The translations under genes and the position numbers were made by a program. Below are positions 56,298 through 64,000 of a DNA stretch of 64,000 bases, piece after piece. The notes beneath the pieces are model-generated. The model had not been told where the DNA came from. It did not search any database and was given only the letters and a program-made list of their open reading frames with translations. Every line of letters begins with the position of its first letter. Position 1 is the stretch's first letter. This stretch comes from Candidatus Bathyarchaeia archaeon (GTDB taxonomy: Bacteria > Patescibacteriota > Microgenomatia > PFEM01 > JAFGMK01), in NCBI GenBank assembly GCA_035529595.1, contig DATKWK010000017.1, positions 29,384-93,383 of the forward strand, in the 5' to 3' direction.

Positions 56298-56700
56298 GAT
56301 TTTATTCTAACACAAGTTTCGCAGTTGTCTGTCATTCTGAAGCATCAGCAGTAGAATCTCTTTTTTACTTTGAGATCCTATCGGGTCGAAGGTTCTACCC
56401 TCCGGGATGACAAATAGAGAGAAAACAAGCGAAATCACTCCTGCCTGCCCGCAATCGCTACGCTCAAGCGTTGGCAGACGGGCAAGGTGACAGGTTGAAA
56501 GATTCGAATCCTAAACTTTCGACTTCTAAAAAAGTTACTTGGATAACGGATTCAAACCTGAAAAAAGTAGAAGGACGCGAGGCATCCTCCTCGGAGTGTG
56601 GGATTGAGTGTAGATACGGCAACGGAATCGGAGTTGAGAGCCAACCGTGATTATGATAGAGTGATTACATCAGAGTAAGTAATAAGCCGTCTATTCATTC

Positions 56701-57723
56701 ATGGAACAACACCCGATCCCGCAACAGATTTCAAGTTATCAATTCCGCCTGATCGGCGATATGACCCTCAAACAGTTTTCTCAACTGGCCGGCGGGGTAG
56801 TTATCGCCATACTCATTTATTCTCTGCCGATCCTTTCAGTCATTAAATGGTTTCTGGTTATTTTTTTTGTATTTTTAGGCTTTGCCTTAGCCTTTCTGCC
56901 TCTTGAAGACCGGCCTTTGGATAAATGGATCACTGCTTTTATCAGATCTATCTACTCCCCGACTCAATATATTTGGCAAAAAACAAAGAAAATACCCGAC
57001 TTCCTCCAGGAAATAACTACCAAATCAAAAAAAGCGGCAGAAAATATTCCCCAGATCGAAACAACCAGGCCTAATCTCGAGGAATATTTTGAAACTTTTT
57101 CGCCTCGCCGGCCGGAATCAAAGATTGAAAAAGAAGAACAATTAGCCTTGGAGAAAATGAATTCTCTTTTCCAGGCTACCAAATTACCAACGGATTTTAT
57201 TCCGGAAACCAGACAGATTGAACCTGAAGAACAAACGATGCCGCAAATTAAAGTCAGGCCGCATAAATTAAGAATTCCCCCTTCCGAGGCGGTTGTCCTA
57301 AAAATCGGTATCATTCCTAACCCCGTAAGAAAACCTAAGAAAAGCAGTGTTTCAACGATCACTCCTACGCCTAAGATCAGGATGCCTCCTTTCAAAAGAC
57401 AATCAACCAAGACAGCGGTCGAGGCCGTAACCTCAACTGACTTACCGATTCCTGATACTCCAAGACAACCAAACGTTATCGTTGGCATGATTCTGGATCA
57501 CAACGGGAAAATAGTGGAAAGAGCGATTGCCGAAATCAGGGATAAAGACGGCATCCCGGTTAGAGCTCTCAGGAGCAACCGTCTGGGCCAGTTTCAAATC
57601 GTGAACCCCTTGCCTGACGGCGCCTATGAAATCGAGATTGAAAAGGAAGGTTTTGAATTTGATATAATTAAATTAAATCTGACCGGGGAGGTTGTCGCCC
57701 CGATTGAAATTCGAGCCAAATGA
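56701..57723 (+). CDS. T4SS-associated membrane protein (VirB3-like 2-TM N-terminus, Pro-rich linker, C-terminal beta-sandwich-like domain)
   Basis: GVVIAILIYSLPILSVIKWFLVIFFVFLGFALAFL is a TM hairpin. The C-terminal ...VIVGMILDHNGKIVERAIAEIRDKDGIPV...DGAYEIEIEKEGFEF resembles a carboxypeptidase-regulatory-like fold. The stop overlaps the next gene's start. Confidence 0.45.
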   Translation: MEQHPIPQQISSYQFRLIGDMTLKQFSQLAGGVVIAILIYSLPILSVIKWFLVIFFVFLGFALAFLPLEDRPLDKWITAFIRSIYSPTQYIWQKTKKIPDFLQEITTKSKKAAENIPQIETTRPNLEEYFETFSPRRPESKIEKEEQLALEKMNSLFQATKLPTDFIPETRQIEPEEQTMPQIKVRPHKLRIPPSEAVVLKIGIIPNPVRKPKKSSVSTITPTPKIRMPPFKRQSTKTAVEAVTSTDLPIPDTPRQPNVIVGMILDHNGKIVERAIAEIRDKDGIPVRALRSNRLGQFQIVNPLPDGAYEIEIEKEGFEFDIIKLNLTGEVVAPIEIRAK

Positions 57724-58736
57724 ACTCAACCCAAACTATCATAACACCGATCAAATCAAGTACGCAGAAATTTTTGGAGATCGAAGATATTAAGGATGGA
57801 ATCATCATGCTAATGGGTGGCAGTTGTCTTTTAGTGCTTACGACCACGGCAGTTAATTTTGGTCTTCTTTCGGAACAAGAGCAGGATACGGCTATTTATG
57901 CTTACGGTTCTTTGCTTAATTCGTTGACATTTTCGATTCAAATTCTGATTCGTTCAAAAAGAAAGGATATTTCTTCCTACCTTAAATTACTTGAAGCGCA
58001 AGAAAAAAAAATTACAGGGGCTCTATTAAAAGAGCAAATCCAAAGGTACCGAAAATTTATTCAAGAAACGGTTCAGGTAAACAATGTTTTAGAGAAAAAA
58101 TTCTATATCATCATTCCGATGTCTTTTCTGGAATTGGGTGTCAGCAAAACCGTCGGCTCCAAAATTAAAAAGACAGGCAATCTCCCCTATCCCAAGGAAT
58201 ATATTATTGAAAAGGCAAAAACTAACCTTTATCCAAAACGGGATCACCTTTTCCGCTTGTTTAATCGTTTAGGTTTAAGATCAAGACAATTGAATACACA
58301 AGAATTAGTTAGGCTTTTTTTTGAAATCTACAACCCCGGCCAACAGGGACAAATATTAAGTATGCCTGCTGATTACCAAACTCCGATAGTTAAACCGGCA
58401 ACAGATTTTATGGAAACAAATTTACCGGAAGAAATCGAAATAGAAACACCTACAGAACCGGCAACGGATCTTCCTTCTCAACCGGAAGAGGCGGGCGCTA
58501 CGGAGGAGGCAGCCAATCAGATGCAAGCGAATCCGTCCCCAGTAAACTCTCAAAATAATGAGACAATAACCGGAAATGAAGAAACCTCGCCTCAAGACGA
58601 AATCGATCAATTAGTCAAGAAAGAAACTCCAGCCAGCAACCCCCAGCAAACCAATAATGAAGGTCAACCTTCCTCTCAAAACTTTAAGAACAAATTTAAG
58701 GCGATATTTGAATCAAAGCAAAAAAATCAATTATGA
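57720..58736 (+). CDS. T4SS-associated protein with a VirB4-N-terminal-like segment (no ATPase motifs)
   Basis: N-terminal FLEIEDIKDGIIMLMGG...VNFGLLSEQEQDTAIYAYGSLLNSLTFSIQILIRS resembles the N-terminal (CagE/TrbE-type) region of Gram-positive-type VirB4 proteins. There are no Walker motifs. The stop overlaps the virB4 start (ATGA at 58733). Confidence 0.45.
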   Translation: MNSTQTIITPIKSSTQKFLEIEDIKDGIIMLMGGSCLLVLTTTAVNFGLLSEQEQDTAIYAYGSLLNSLTFSIQILIRSKRKDISSYLKLLEAQEKKITGALLKEQIQRYRKFIQETVQVNNVLEKKFYIIIPMSFLELGVSKTVGSKIKKTGNLPYPKEYIIEKAKTNLYPKRDHLFRLFNRLGLRSRQLNTQELVRLFFEIYNPGQQGQILSMPADYQTPIVKPATDFMETNLPEEIEIETPTEPATDLPSQPEEAGATEEAANQMQANPSPVNSQNNETITGNEETSPQDEIDQLVKKETPASNPQQTNNEGQPSSQNFKNKFKAIFESKQKNQL

Positions 58737-60709
58737 AACTACCGCTATCTTTACCATTACCGTTTCTTAAACGTAAAGACAAGGAACAAGCCAAGCAAAC
58801 AGAAGGGCAACCGGAGAAAAAACCAAGCGAACTGCTGGCTGAAGGAATGGTTTCGATTCAGGATATCATTGCGCCTTCGGCAATCGAGGTTGATTTTGAC
58901 CAGCTTAAAATTGGCAACACTTATTTCAGAACTCTTTTTATTTCCGGCTATCCCCGCTACGTTTCCGCTAATTGGCTGGCTCCCCTGATCAACTTTGATC
59001 ACTCGCTCGATGTGTCAATGTTCATCTATCCGATCGAAGGACGTTCTATTCTTGATGACTTAAGAAGAAAAATTGCCGAGATGGAGGCAGAAATCCAGAC
59101 TGATCTTGAGCGCGGCCGGGTCGTTGATCCAAGCACTCAAGCTAAATTGGAAGATGCCCGGTCACTTCAAGAAGAATTAGTGAAAGGAATCGAGCGTTTT
59201 TTTCAATTCAGTCTTTACGTTACCATCCCCGCCCCGTCAATCGAAGAGCTAAATCATATCTCCAAACAGATCGAGTCAACCTTAGGATCACTTTTAATTA
59301 TTCCGAAACATGCTACTTTGCAAATGGAGGAGGGCTTTAAAACCACCATCCCCATTTGCACCGATAAGTTAATGATTACCCGCAACATGGATACGACTTC
59401 TTTGGCGACAACTTTTCCTTTTACTTCGTCGGAATTAACCGCCAACGAAGGCATTCTTTTCGGCATCAATGAACATAACGATTCCTTAATTATCTTCGAC
59501 CGATTCACCTTGGAAAACGCTAACTCGGTTGTCTTTGCCAAATCCGGTGCCGGCAAATCGTATCTTGTTAAGTTAGAAGCCCTTCGGTCACTGATGTTCG
59601 GCACAGAAATTATTATTATTGATCCTGAAGCCGAATACCAAACTCTCAGCGAAGCAGTCGGTGGCCAATATATCGGTTTTGGTTTCGGCAGCTATGCGAA
59701 AATCAACCCTTTTGACCTTTCTACCGTTTATGCCGAAGAGGAAAACGAATTAAACCAGAAACTGCTTTCTCTTCATTCGCTTTTTAAAGTAATTATGGGG
59801 GTGTTAAACCCTTCGGAAGAAGCGACTTTAGACCGGGCTCTGGTCCTGGCTTATAAAATGAAAGGCATCACACCGGATCCGGCCACTCAGAAAAACGAAC
59901 CCCCCCTGATGGAAGATTTATATAAAGCCTTAACCGGTATGGAGGAACCGGAAGCCAGATCTTTGGCCGATCGGATCGAAAAATTTGTCAAAGGTTCCTT
60001 TCGCGGCATATTTGACCAACATTCAAATGTTGATATTCAAAATTCCTTTACTGTCTTTTCCTTAAGGGATCTTGAAGACACCCTGCGCCCGATAGCGATG
60101 TTTATCCTGCTTGATTATATTTGGACAAGAATCAGAAGAGAAATGAAAAGAAGGATCCTGATTGTCGACGAAGCCTGGTACATGATGAGGTATCCCGATT
60201 CAGCCAATTTTCTGCGCTCAATTGCCAAAAGAGCCCGTAAATATTATTTGGGTGTAACCACCATTACCCAGGATGTCGAAGATTTTTTCACTACCGAATA
60301 CGGCAAAGAGATTGTCTCCAACTCGTCAATGCAAATCCTGATGAAACAATCCTCGGTCGCCATTGACCGGCTAGCCGAGGTTTTTTATCTCTCCGAAGGG
60401 GAGAAAAATTTACTTCTGGCAGCTGATGTCGGCGAAGGCCTTTTCTTTGCCGGTACCAACCACGTTGCTATCCGGGTGGTCGCCTCACCTGAAGAACATA
60501 AATTAATCACTTCAAAACCTGAGGAATTAATGAGAATGGCAGAAGAAAAAAGACGCAAGATTGAAGCCGCCAAAAGAGCCGGTATCGGTCCAATCCCTGC
60601 TGAACAAGAAGTTACAGAACAAGAAATCAGTGACAGCACTGAAATCAGGCCGGAGGCAGAAAGAGTTTCACCGGCCGAAGTAGCCTCGATTACCGCCAGA
60701 CCAAAATAA
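58733..60709 (+). CDS. virB4: VirB4/TraC/TrsE-family type IV secretion ATPase
   Basis: The N-terminus IQDIIAPSAIEVDFDQLKIGNTYFRTLFISGYPRYVSANWLAPL is the CagE/TrbE/VirB4 pattern. Walker A is AKSGAGKSYLVK and Walker B is RILIVDEAWYM. 658 aa. Confidence 0.85.
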   Translation: MKLPLSLPLPFLKRKDKEQAKQTEGQPEKKPSELLAEGMVSIQDIIAPSAIEVDFDQLKIGNTYFRTLFISGYPRYVSANWLAPLINFDHSLDVSMFIYPIEGRSILDDLRRKIAEMEAEIQTDLERGRVVDPSTQAKLEDARSLQEELVKGIERFFQFSLYVTIPAPSIEELNHISKQIESTLGSLLIIPKHATLQMEEGFKTTIPICTDKLMITRNMDTTSLATTFPFTSSELTANEGILFGINEHNDSLIIFDRFTLENANSVVFAKSGAGKSYLVKLEALRSLMFGTEIIIIDPEAEYQTLSEAVGGQYIGFGFGSYAKINPFDLSTVYAEEENELNQKLLSLHSLFKVIMGVLNPSEEATLDRALVLAYKMKGITPDPATQKNEPPLMEDLYKALTGMEEPEARSLADRIEKFVKGSFRGIFDQHSNVDIQNSFTVFSLRDLEDTLRPIAMFILLDYIWTRIRREMKRRILIVDEAWYMMRYPDSANFLRSIAKRARKYYLGVTTITQDVEDFFTTEYGKEIVSNSSMQILMKQSSVAIDRLAEVFYLSEGEKNLLLAADVGEGLFFAGTNHVAIRVVASPEEHKLITSKPEELMRMAEEKRRKIEAAKRAGIGPIPAEQEVTEQEISDSTEIRPEAERVSPAEVASITARPK

Positions 60710-60759
60710 AGCTGTCTACTCTATTGTCACTTGGTTAAAAACTTGCTATAGTAAAGCTG

Positions 60760-63474
60760 ATGGCAACGCAGAGTGTACAATCTACAGGAAGATACGTCAG
60801 AGGCCCATCTGACATCCGTTTCAGAGTACCAATTCGCATTTCCCCAACCATTATCAGGCTGACTAAAGATATCAGACCGAAAACTAGCAAACTGCTGTAC
60901 GGCCTAGCCCGAAAAGACACATTACGCCGGCTTTCACAAATCCATCCCGAAGCAAGACCCGAAGTAATTAGAACTCAAATTAAAGAGGCAGCCAGAGTCA
61001 ACGGCATTACTTTCACTTATACGCAAACTCAAATAATCCAGCAAGAAATCCGATCACCACACCGTCGTTCAGTTGAGCTTCCCCACTCCGTTAAAGCAAA
61101 AATTGAGACTGAAAAAGCCAAAATTGTTTATCCTAAAATCAGCCCCGTTGTTGTCCAATTAAGAAGCCTTTCACCAACCGGCCGCATTGCCAGAGGCATT
61201 GAAAAATCGATCGCCTCGCTTTCTGAAGAGCAGAGACAGAGATTAGAGCCTTGTTATCTCCATCCGGCTTTCCAGATGATGGCCAATGGTATTTTTGAAT
61301 CCGACTTCGAAAATACCATCCAAGAACTTAGAAAAATCGTTCAAGACCCAGCCACAAGCCAATCAGACACTCGTCAGGTCAATCAAGTGATTGAACAATA
61401 TCAGGACATTCAAACCCAACTGGCCGCGTTCAGACAATATCACCGAGCGACTGCCCAAGCTTTAGAGAATGTTTGGGAACCAGCCCGCCAGGCAGGTCTA
61501 GTAGACACCAAAAAAGTTGCCGAAAAACTGAATTTACCTCATCTGGAAAACATCGAGATCGTCCCCAAAACAGTAGACGCAGCAAAACTCAAGGTAAGAA
61601 ATTTCCTTGGTCAAAAAGTAGCCGAACCCTTAGGTTTGGTTAGGGCAGGGATAGTCAAAGAAGTTAAGCTCGGAGCCGGCAAATCTACTTATCGGTTGGC
61701 AATTAAAGATGCCGTTAAAGCTGTTGGGAAAAAAGCTTTTATCCGCTTTGCCCAAACTGCGGGCGGACGAGCGTTAATTACCTTTTTCCAAAGTTCGGTC
61801 AAACCACTACTGGTAGAACTGGGTAAAAAAGCAGTCTTTCTAGCCGCCAAAATCGGAGCCAAAATTGCGGCTAAATTCGGGTTAGAGATCTCTGCCGCCG
61901 TCTTAACGGCGATAATTCCCGCCGGTGTTACTCAAATTGCCGGAATCTTAATGCTGGTATATGGAATATATGATACTGTCCTCAGCCTGATAGAAGCCAT
62001 TCCGGTCATCGGTAGGCCACTCGCTCTACTACTTGATCTTTCTAATCCTCTCGGTTGGGCAAGAAGATTATTTAAGGTTGCCACCGGATTTTTGACTTTC
62101 CGCTATCTCCGGGAAGGATTAAAAGAGGGCGGTTTCAAAGGGACTGTCAAGGTAGTTATTAATGTTCTCCCTCTAGTCTTACTCGCCGGTATCTTTCTGC
62201 CTATATTGCTGCCTTTAATTGCTATACCGCTCCTGGTTATCGGCGGACTCTTTCTTGCCAGCCGTCTCGGAGTTACGGCCATCAGAACGGCGGGCTCATT
62301 AGCCGCCTTACCCGGTATCATCATCGGAGGTATCGCTACCCTTTTACTGACACCGATTGGTTGGGTTACCCTATTCTCCGCTAGTTTTCTCATGACTTTT
62401 ATTTATATTTTCTTGGGGCTGGTTTTATTGACTGTCATCATTGTCGTCATGCTTGCCGGCGGAGCGTTCATGGTCAATCCGGCTAAATTAGAAACCGAAA
62501 GCCCAAGAGATTTCGATCTTCCTTATTCAAGGTATATTAAAGTTGATAAAACTGCCCAACCCAGTTCATATACAGAAGAGCAATTAACCCAAATTTGGGA
62601 TGTCTCTGGAAGTAAAGCAGGAGTTGATTATACTCTGACTATTACAGCCCAAGAAAAGGATATTACTGTTACTGCAATTGAAGAAACATTTAACTCTTAC
62701 CCAGAAGGAGTCCCAACTCCCTCTTCCTCGATTAACATAACCTTACCCTTAGAAATTAGAGTCGATACACCCTTCACTTATACGTATAGAAAGGAGTTTG
62801 GTAAAGAATATAAGGACTCTTCCGTTATTAATAAGATTATAGTCACTGCTAATGTTGCTGACGGCCCAACTGGAGAACAATCAGGTGCCAGTGCCAGTGT
62901 TACGTTTGGTAATGCACCGACTCTTTGTTTTGTTTTCGATGAGAACTGGAACGAAACTGATAAAGCCTTAGAAATAAGTGCAATTAACTATCTTTCTCAA
63001 TGGCCAAACTGGGTTAATTTAGTATGCACAGATATTGGAAGCATTACTTTAAAAAGGAGTTATGCGTCAGTTACTTATGGAGGTTATAAAGAATCTAACT
63101 ATGCTATTCGTATTTATGATTTAGGTCTTGGTAGTTTCGCAAATACAATTTATACTTTAGCCCATGAGTGTGGCCATATGATCGAGGACCGAAATTCACC
63201 ATACCTGATGGACCGCTTTATGACCCAAGGTATCGATACCGAACAAAAAGACGGTAACTTTTGTAGCTATTGTTATGGATTTACTTCAAGAGAAAATTTT
63301 GCTGAAATGATTGGTGTTTTCCCGGTTTATGAAATGAGAAGATTTACTGATTGTTGTCCCAATGGCGCTCTTGATCATTGCGAATATAAGGCAAGCTTTC
63401 AATGCACAATTGATTACCCGAATGATTTTCCTAACTATTACAATTTTGTTACTAGCGAAATTTATCAGCCCTAA
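60760..63474 (+). CDS. Large polytopic membrane protein with a C-terminal extracytoplasmic domain carrying an HExxH zinc-metalloprotease-like motif (possible second VirB6-like/TcpH-like component)
   Basis: 904 aa. The central ~250 aa form six or more TM helices (IAGILMLVYGIY, VLPLVLLAGIFLPILLPLIAIPLLVIGGLFLA, FIYIFLGLVLLTVIIVVMLAGGAF). The C-terminal LAHECGHMIEDRN is an HExxH motif. The C-terminal third is AT-rich, unlike the rest of the gene. Confidence 0.55.
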   Translation: MATQSVQSTGRYVRGPSDIRFRVPIRISPTIIRLTKDIRPKTSKLLYGLARKDTLRRLSQIHPEARPEVIRTQIKEAARVNGITFTYTQTQIIQQEIRSPHRRSVELPHSVKAKIETEKAKIVYPKISPVVVQLRSLSPTGRIARGIEKSIASLSEEQRQRLEPCYLHPAFQMMANGIFESDFENTIQELRKIVQDPATSQSDTRQVNQVIEQYQDIQTQLAAFRQYHRATAQALENVWEPARQAGLVDTKKVAEKLNLPHLENIEIVPKTVDAAKLKVRNFLGQKVAEPLGLVRAGIVKEVKLGAGKSTYRLAIKDAVKAVGKKAFIRFAQTAGGRALITFFQSSVKPLLVELGKKAVFLAAKIGAKIAAKFGLEISAAVLTAIIPAGVTQIAGILMLVYGIYDTVLSLIEAIPVIGRPLALLLDLSNPLGWARRLFKVATGFLTFRYLREGLKEGGFKGTVKVVINVLPLVLLAGIFLPILLPLIAIPLLVIGGLFLASRLGVTAIRTAGSLAALPGIIIGGIATLLLTPIGWVTLFSASFLMTFIYIFLGLVLLTVIIVVMLAGGAFMVNPAKLETESPRDFDLPYSRYIKVDKTAQPSSYTEEQLTQIWDVSGSKAGVDYTLTITAQEKDITVTAIEETFNSYPEGVPTPSSSINITLPLEIRVDTPFTYTYRKEFGKEYKDSSVINKIIVTANVADGPTGEQSGASASVTFGNAPTLCFVFDENWNETDKALEISAINYLSQWPNWVNLVCTDIGSITLKRSYASVTYGGYKESNYAIRIYDLGLGSFANTIYTLAHECGHMIEDRNSPYLMDRFMTQGIDTEQKDGNFCSYCYGFTSRENFAEMIGVFPVYEMRRFTDCCPNGALDHCEYKASFQCTIDYPNDFPNYYNFVTSEIYQP

Positions 63475-63476
63475 TT

Positions 63477-64000
63477 ATGAAAAGCTTAATTTTAAAAATC
63501 AAATTTCTGATTAAAAAATATTGGATCTTTATTCTGCTTCTATTAATTATCGGCATTTTAGTATCTATTACTTCTAGACCTAAAAAAGAAACTTATCAAG
63601 AGGTCGTCCCTCCTTCTCCTACTCAAGAAGCAGAGCCCACTATCATTCCTTTCTGGCAAGAATTCGAACCTGAAAAGACGTCCGAAACTGAGATCAAAAA
63701 CAAAGTAGGCACGCCTCTAAAAGAATACGAAAAAGAGGGCCAGAAAATTCTGGAATACCCTTCGGATTACGAATACTATCCAAATAAAATTTACCTAAAA
63801 GATGACAAGTTGCAATTAGTAAAAGAGCTTGTTAGTTATCAAAGAAATATTAAACTTGAATCTTTCATAAAAAAATATGGAAACCCTTCACTTATTATGT
63901 ATGAAGAAAATCTCAACCAAGGATATCCAATAAATATCTTTCTAGATAATGGTATCGCTGTTGCTGCTCATATAGCTGATGGAAGTGTTTTAGAAATCTG
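63477..64000 (+). CDS. Partial CDS (N-terminus; continues past window end), membrane-anchored hypothetical protein
   Basis: The ATG at 63477 opens a frame with no stop up to position 64000. It reads MKSLILKIKFLIKKYWIFILLLLIIGILVSITSRPKKETYQEV... with an N-terminal TM anchor. Confidence 0.45.
   Translation, partial: MKSLILKIKFLIKKYWIFILLLLIIGILVSITSRPKKETYQEVVPPSPTQEAEPTIIPFWQEFEPEKTSETEIKNKVGTPLKEYEKEGQKILEYPSDYEYYPNKIYLKDDKLQLVKELVSYQRNIKLESFIKKYGNPSLIMYEENLNQGYPINIFLDNGIAVAAHIADGSVLEI

Noticed and set aside
58422-58610. 62-aa minus-strand Arg/Cys-rich ORF
   Set aside because: Antisense to the 3' end of the 57720..58736 gene. Low-complexity shadow ORF.
57720-58736. Interpretation as the N-terminal half of a split VirB4 (gene disrupted by frameshift)
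   Set aside because: The downstream 658-aa ORF already begins with a complete VirB4-type N-terminal domain and has a proper ATGA-coupled start. So the upstream ORF is a separate, possibly paralogous, gene rather than a fragment of the same one.
1-64000. CRISPR arrays, rRNA genes, IS transposases
   Set aside because: No regularly spaced direct repeats, no rRNA-like conserved blocks and no DDE or Y-transposase motifs were seen. The only recombinase is the large serine recombinase at 14996..16531.

Overview
This 64-kb window looks like a small, gene-dense bacterial genome (short intergenic regions, many Patescibacteria/CPR-like traits). It falls into four blocks. (A) 1..16577 is an AT-rich, mostly minus-strand defense island that ends at a tRNA-Asn whose 3' end is overlapped by a large serine recombinase gene, so it is probably an integrative element. 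The island carries a GmrSD-like DUF262/DUF1524 protein with an extra C-terminal HEPN-like R-x4-H motif, a single-gene PHP-domain plus ABC/SMC-like ATPase candidate ('PPL'-like), and a complete Type I restriction-modification operon (hsdR, hsdM, hsdS) with two unknown genes inserted between hsdM and hsdS. It also has three small HTH regulators, a secreted Cys-rich protein and a ~700-bp GC-richer non-coding, possibly structured, region. (B) 16627..33254 is a housekeeping block: rpoD-dnaG, efp-epmA, methyltransferases, Nudix hydrolases, maf, a tryptophanase-like lyase, comF, smpB with an adjacent tmRNA, and a tRNA cluster holding four Ser isoacceptors and two Arg tRNAs. (C) 33303..44583 holds cell-envelope and isoprenoid genes: a SpoIID-like protein, uppS, isopentenyl phosphate kinase, mevalonate-PP decarboxylase, a polyprenyl synthase and an ECF sigma factor. 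(D) 38089..39211 and 44691..63474 form a type IV secretion/conjugative-pilus-like locus. It has at least eight tandem VirB2/TrbC-like two-helix pilin paralogs (one with a Cys-rich N-terminal extension), a 1076-aa secreted GH5-like glycosidase with a Cys-rich tail, a VirB6/TrbL-like polytopic protein, a VirB4 ATPase, VirB3-like small membrane proteins, an antisense 1122-aa soluble Pro-rich protein, and a 904-aa polytopic protein ending in an HExxH metalloprotease motif. No VirD4 or relaxase is visible. No CRISPR array, rRNA or IS transposase was seen. All calls come from reading motifs in the supplied translations and sequence; no database search was run.
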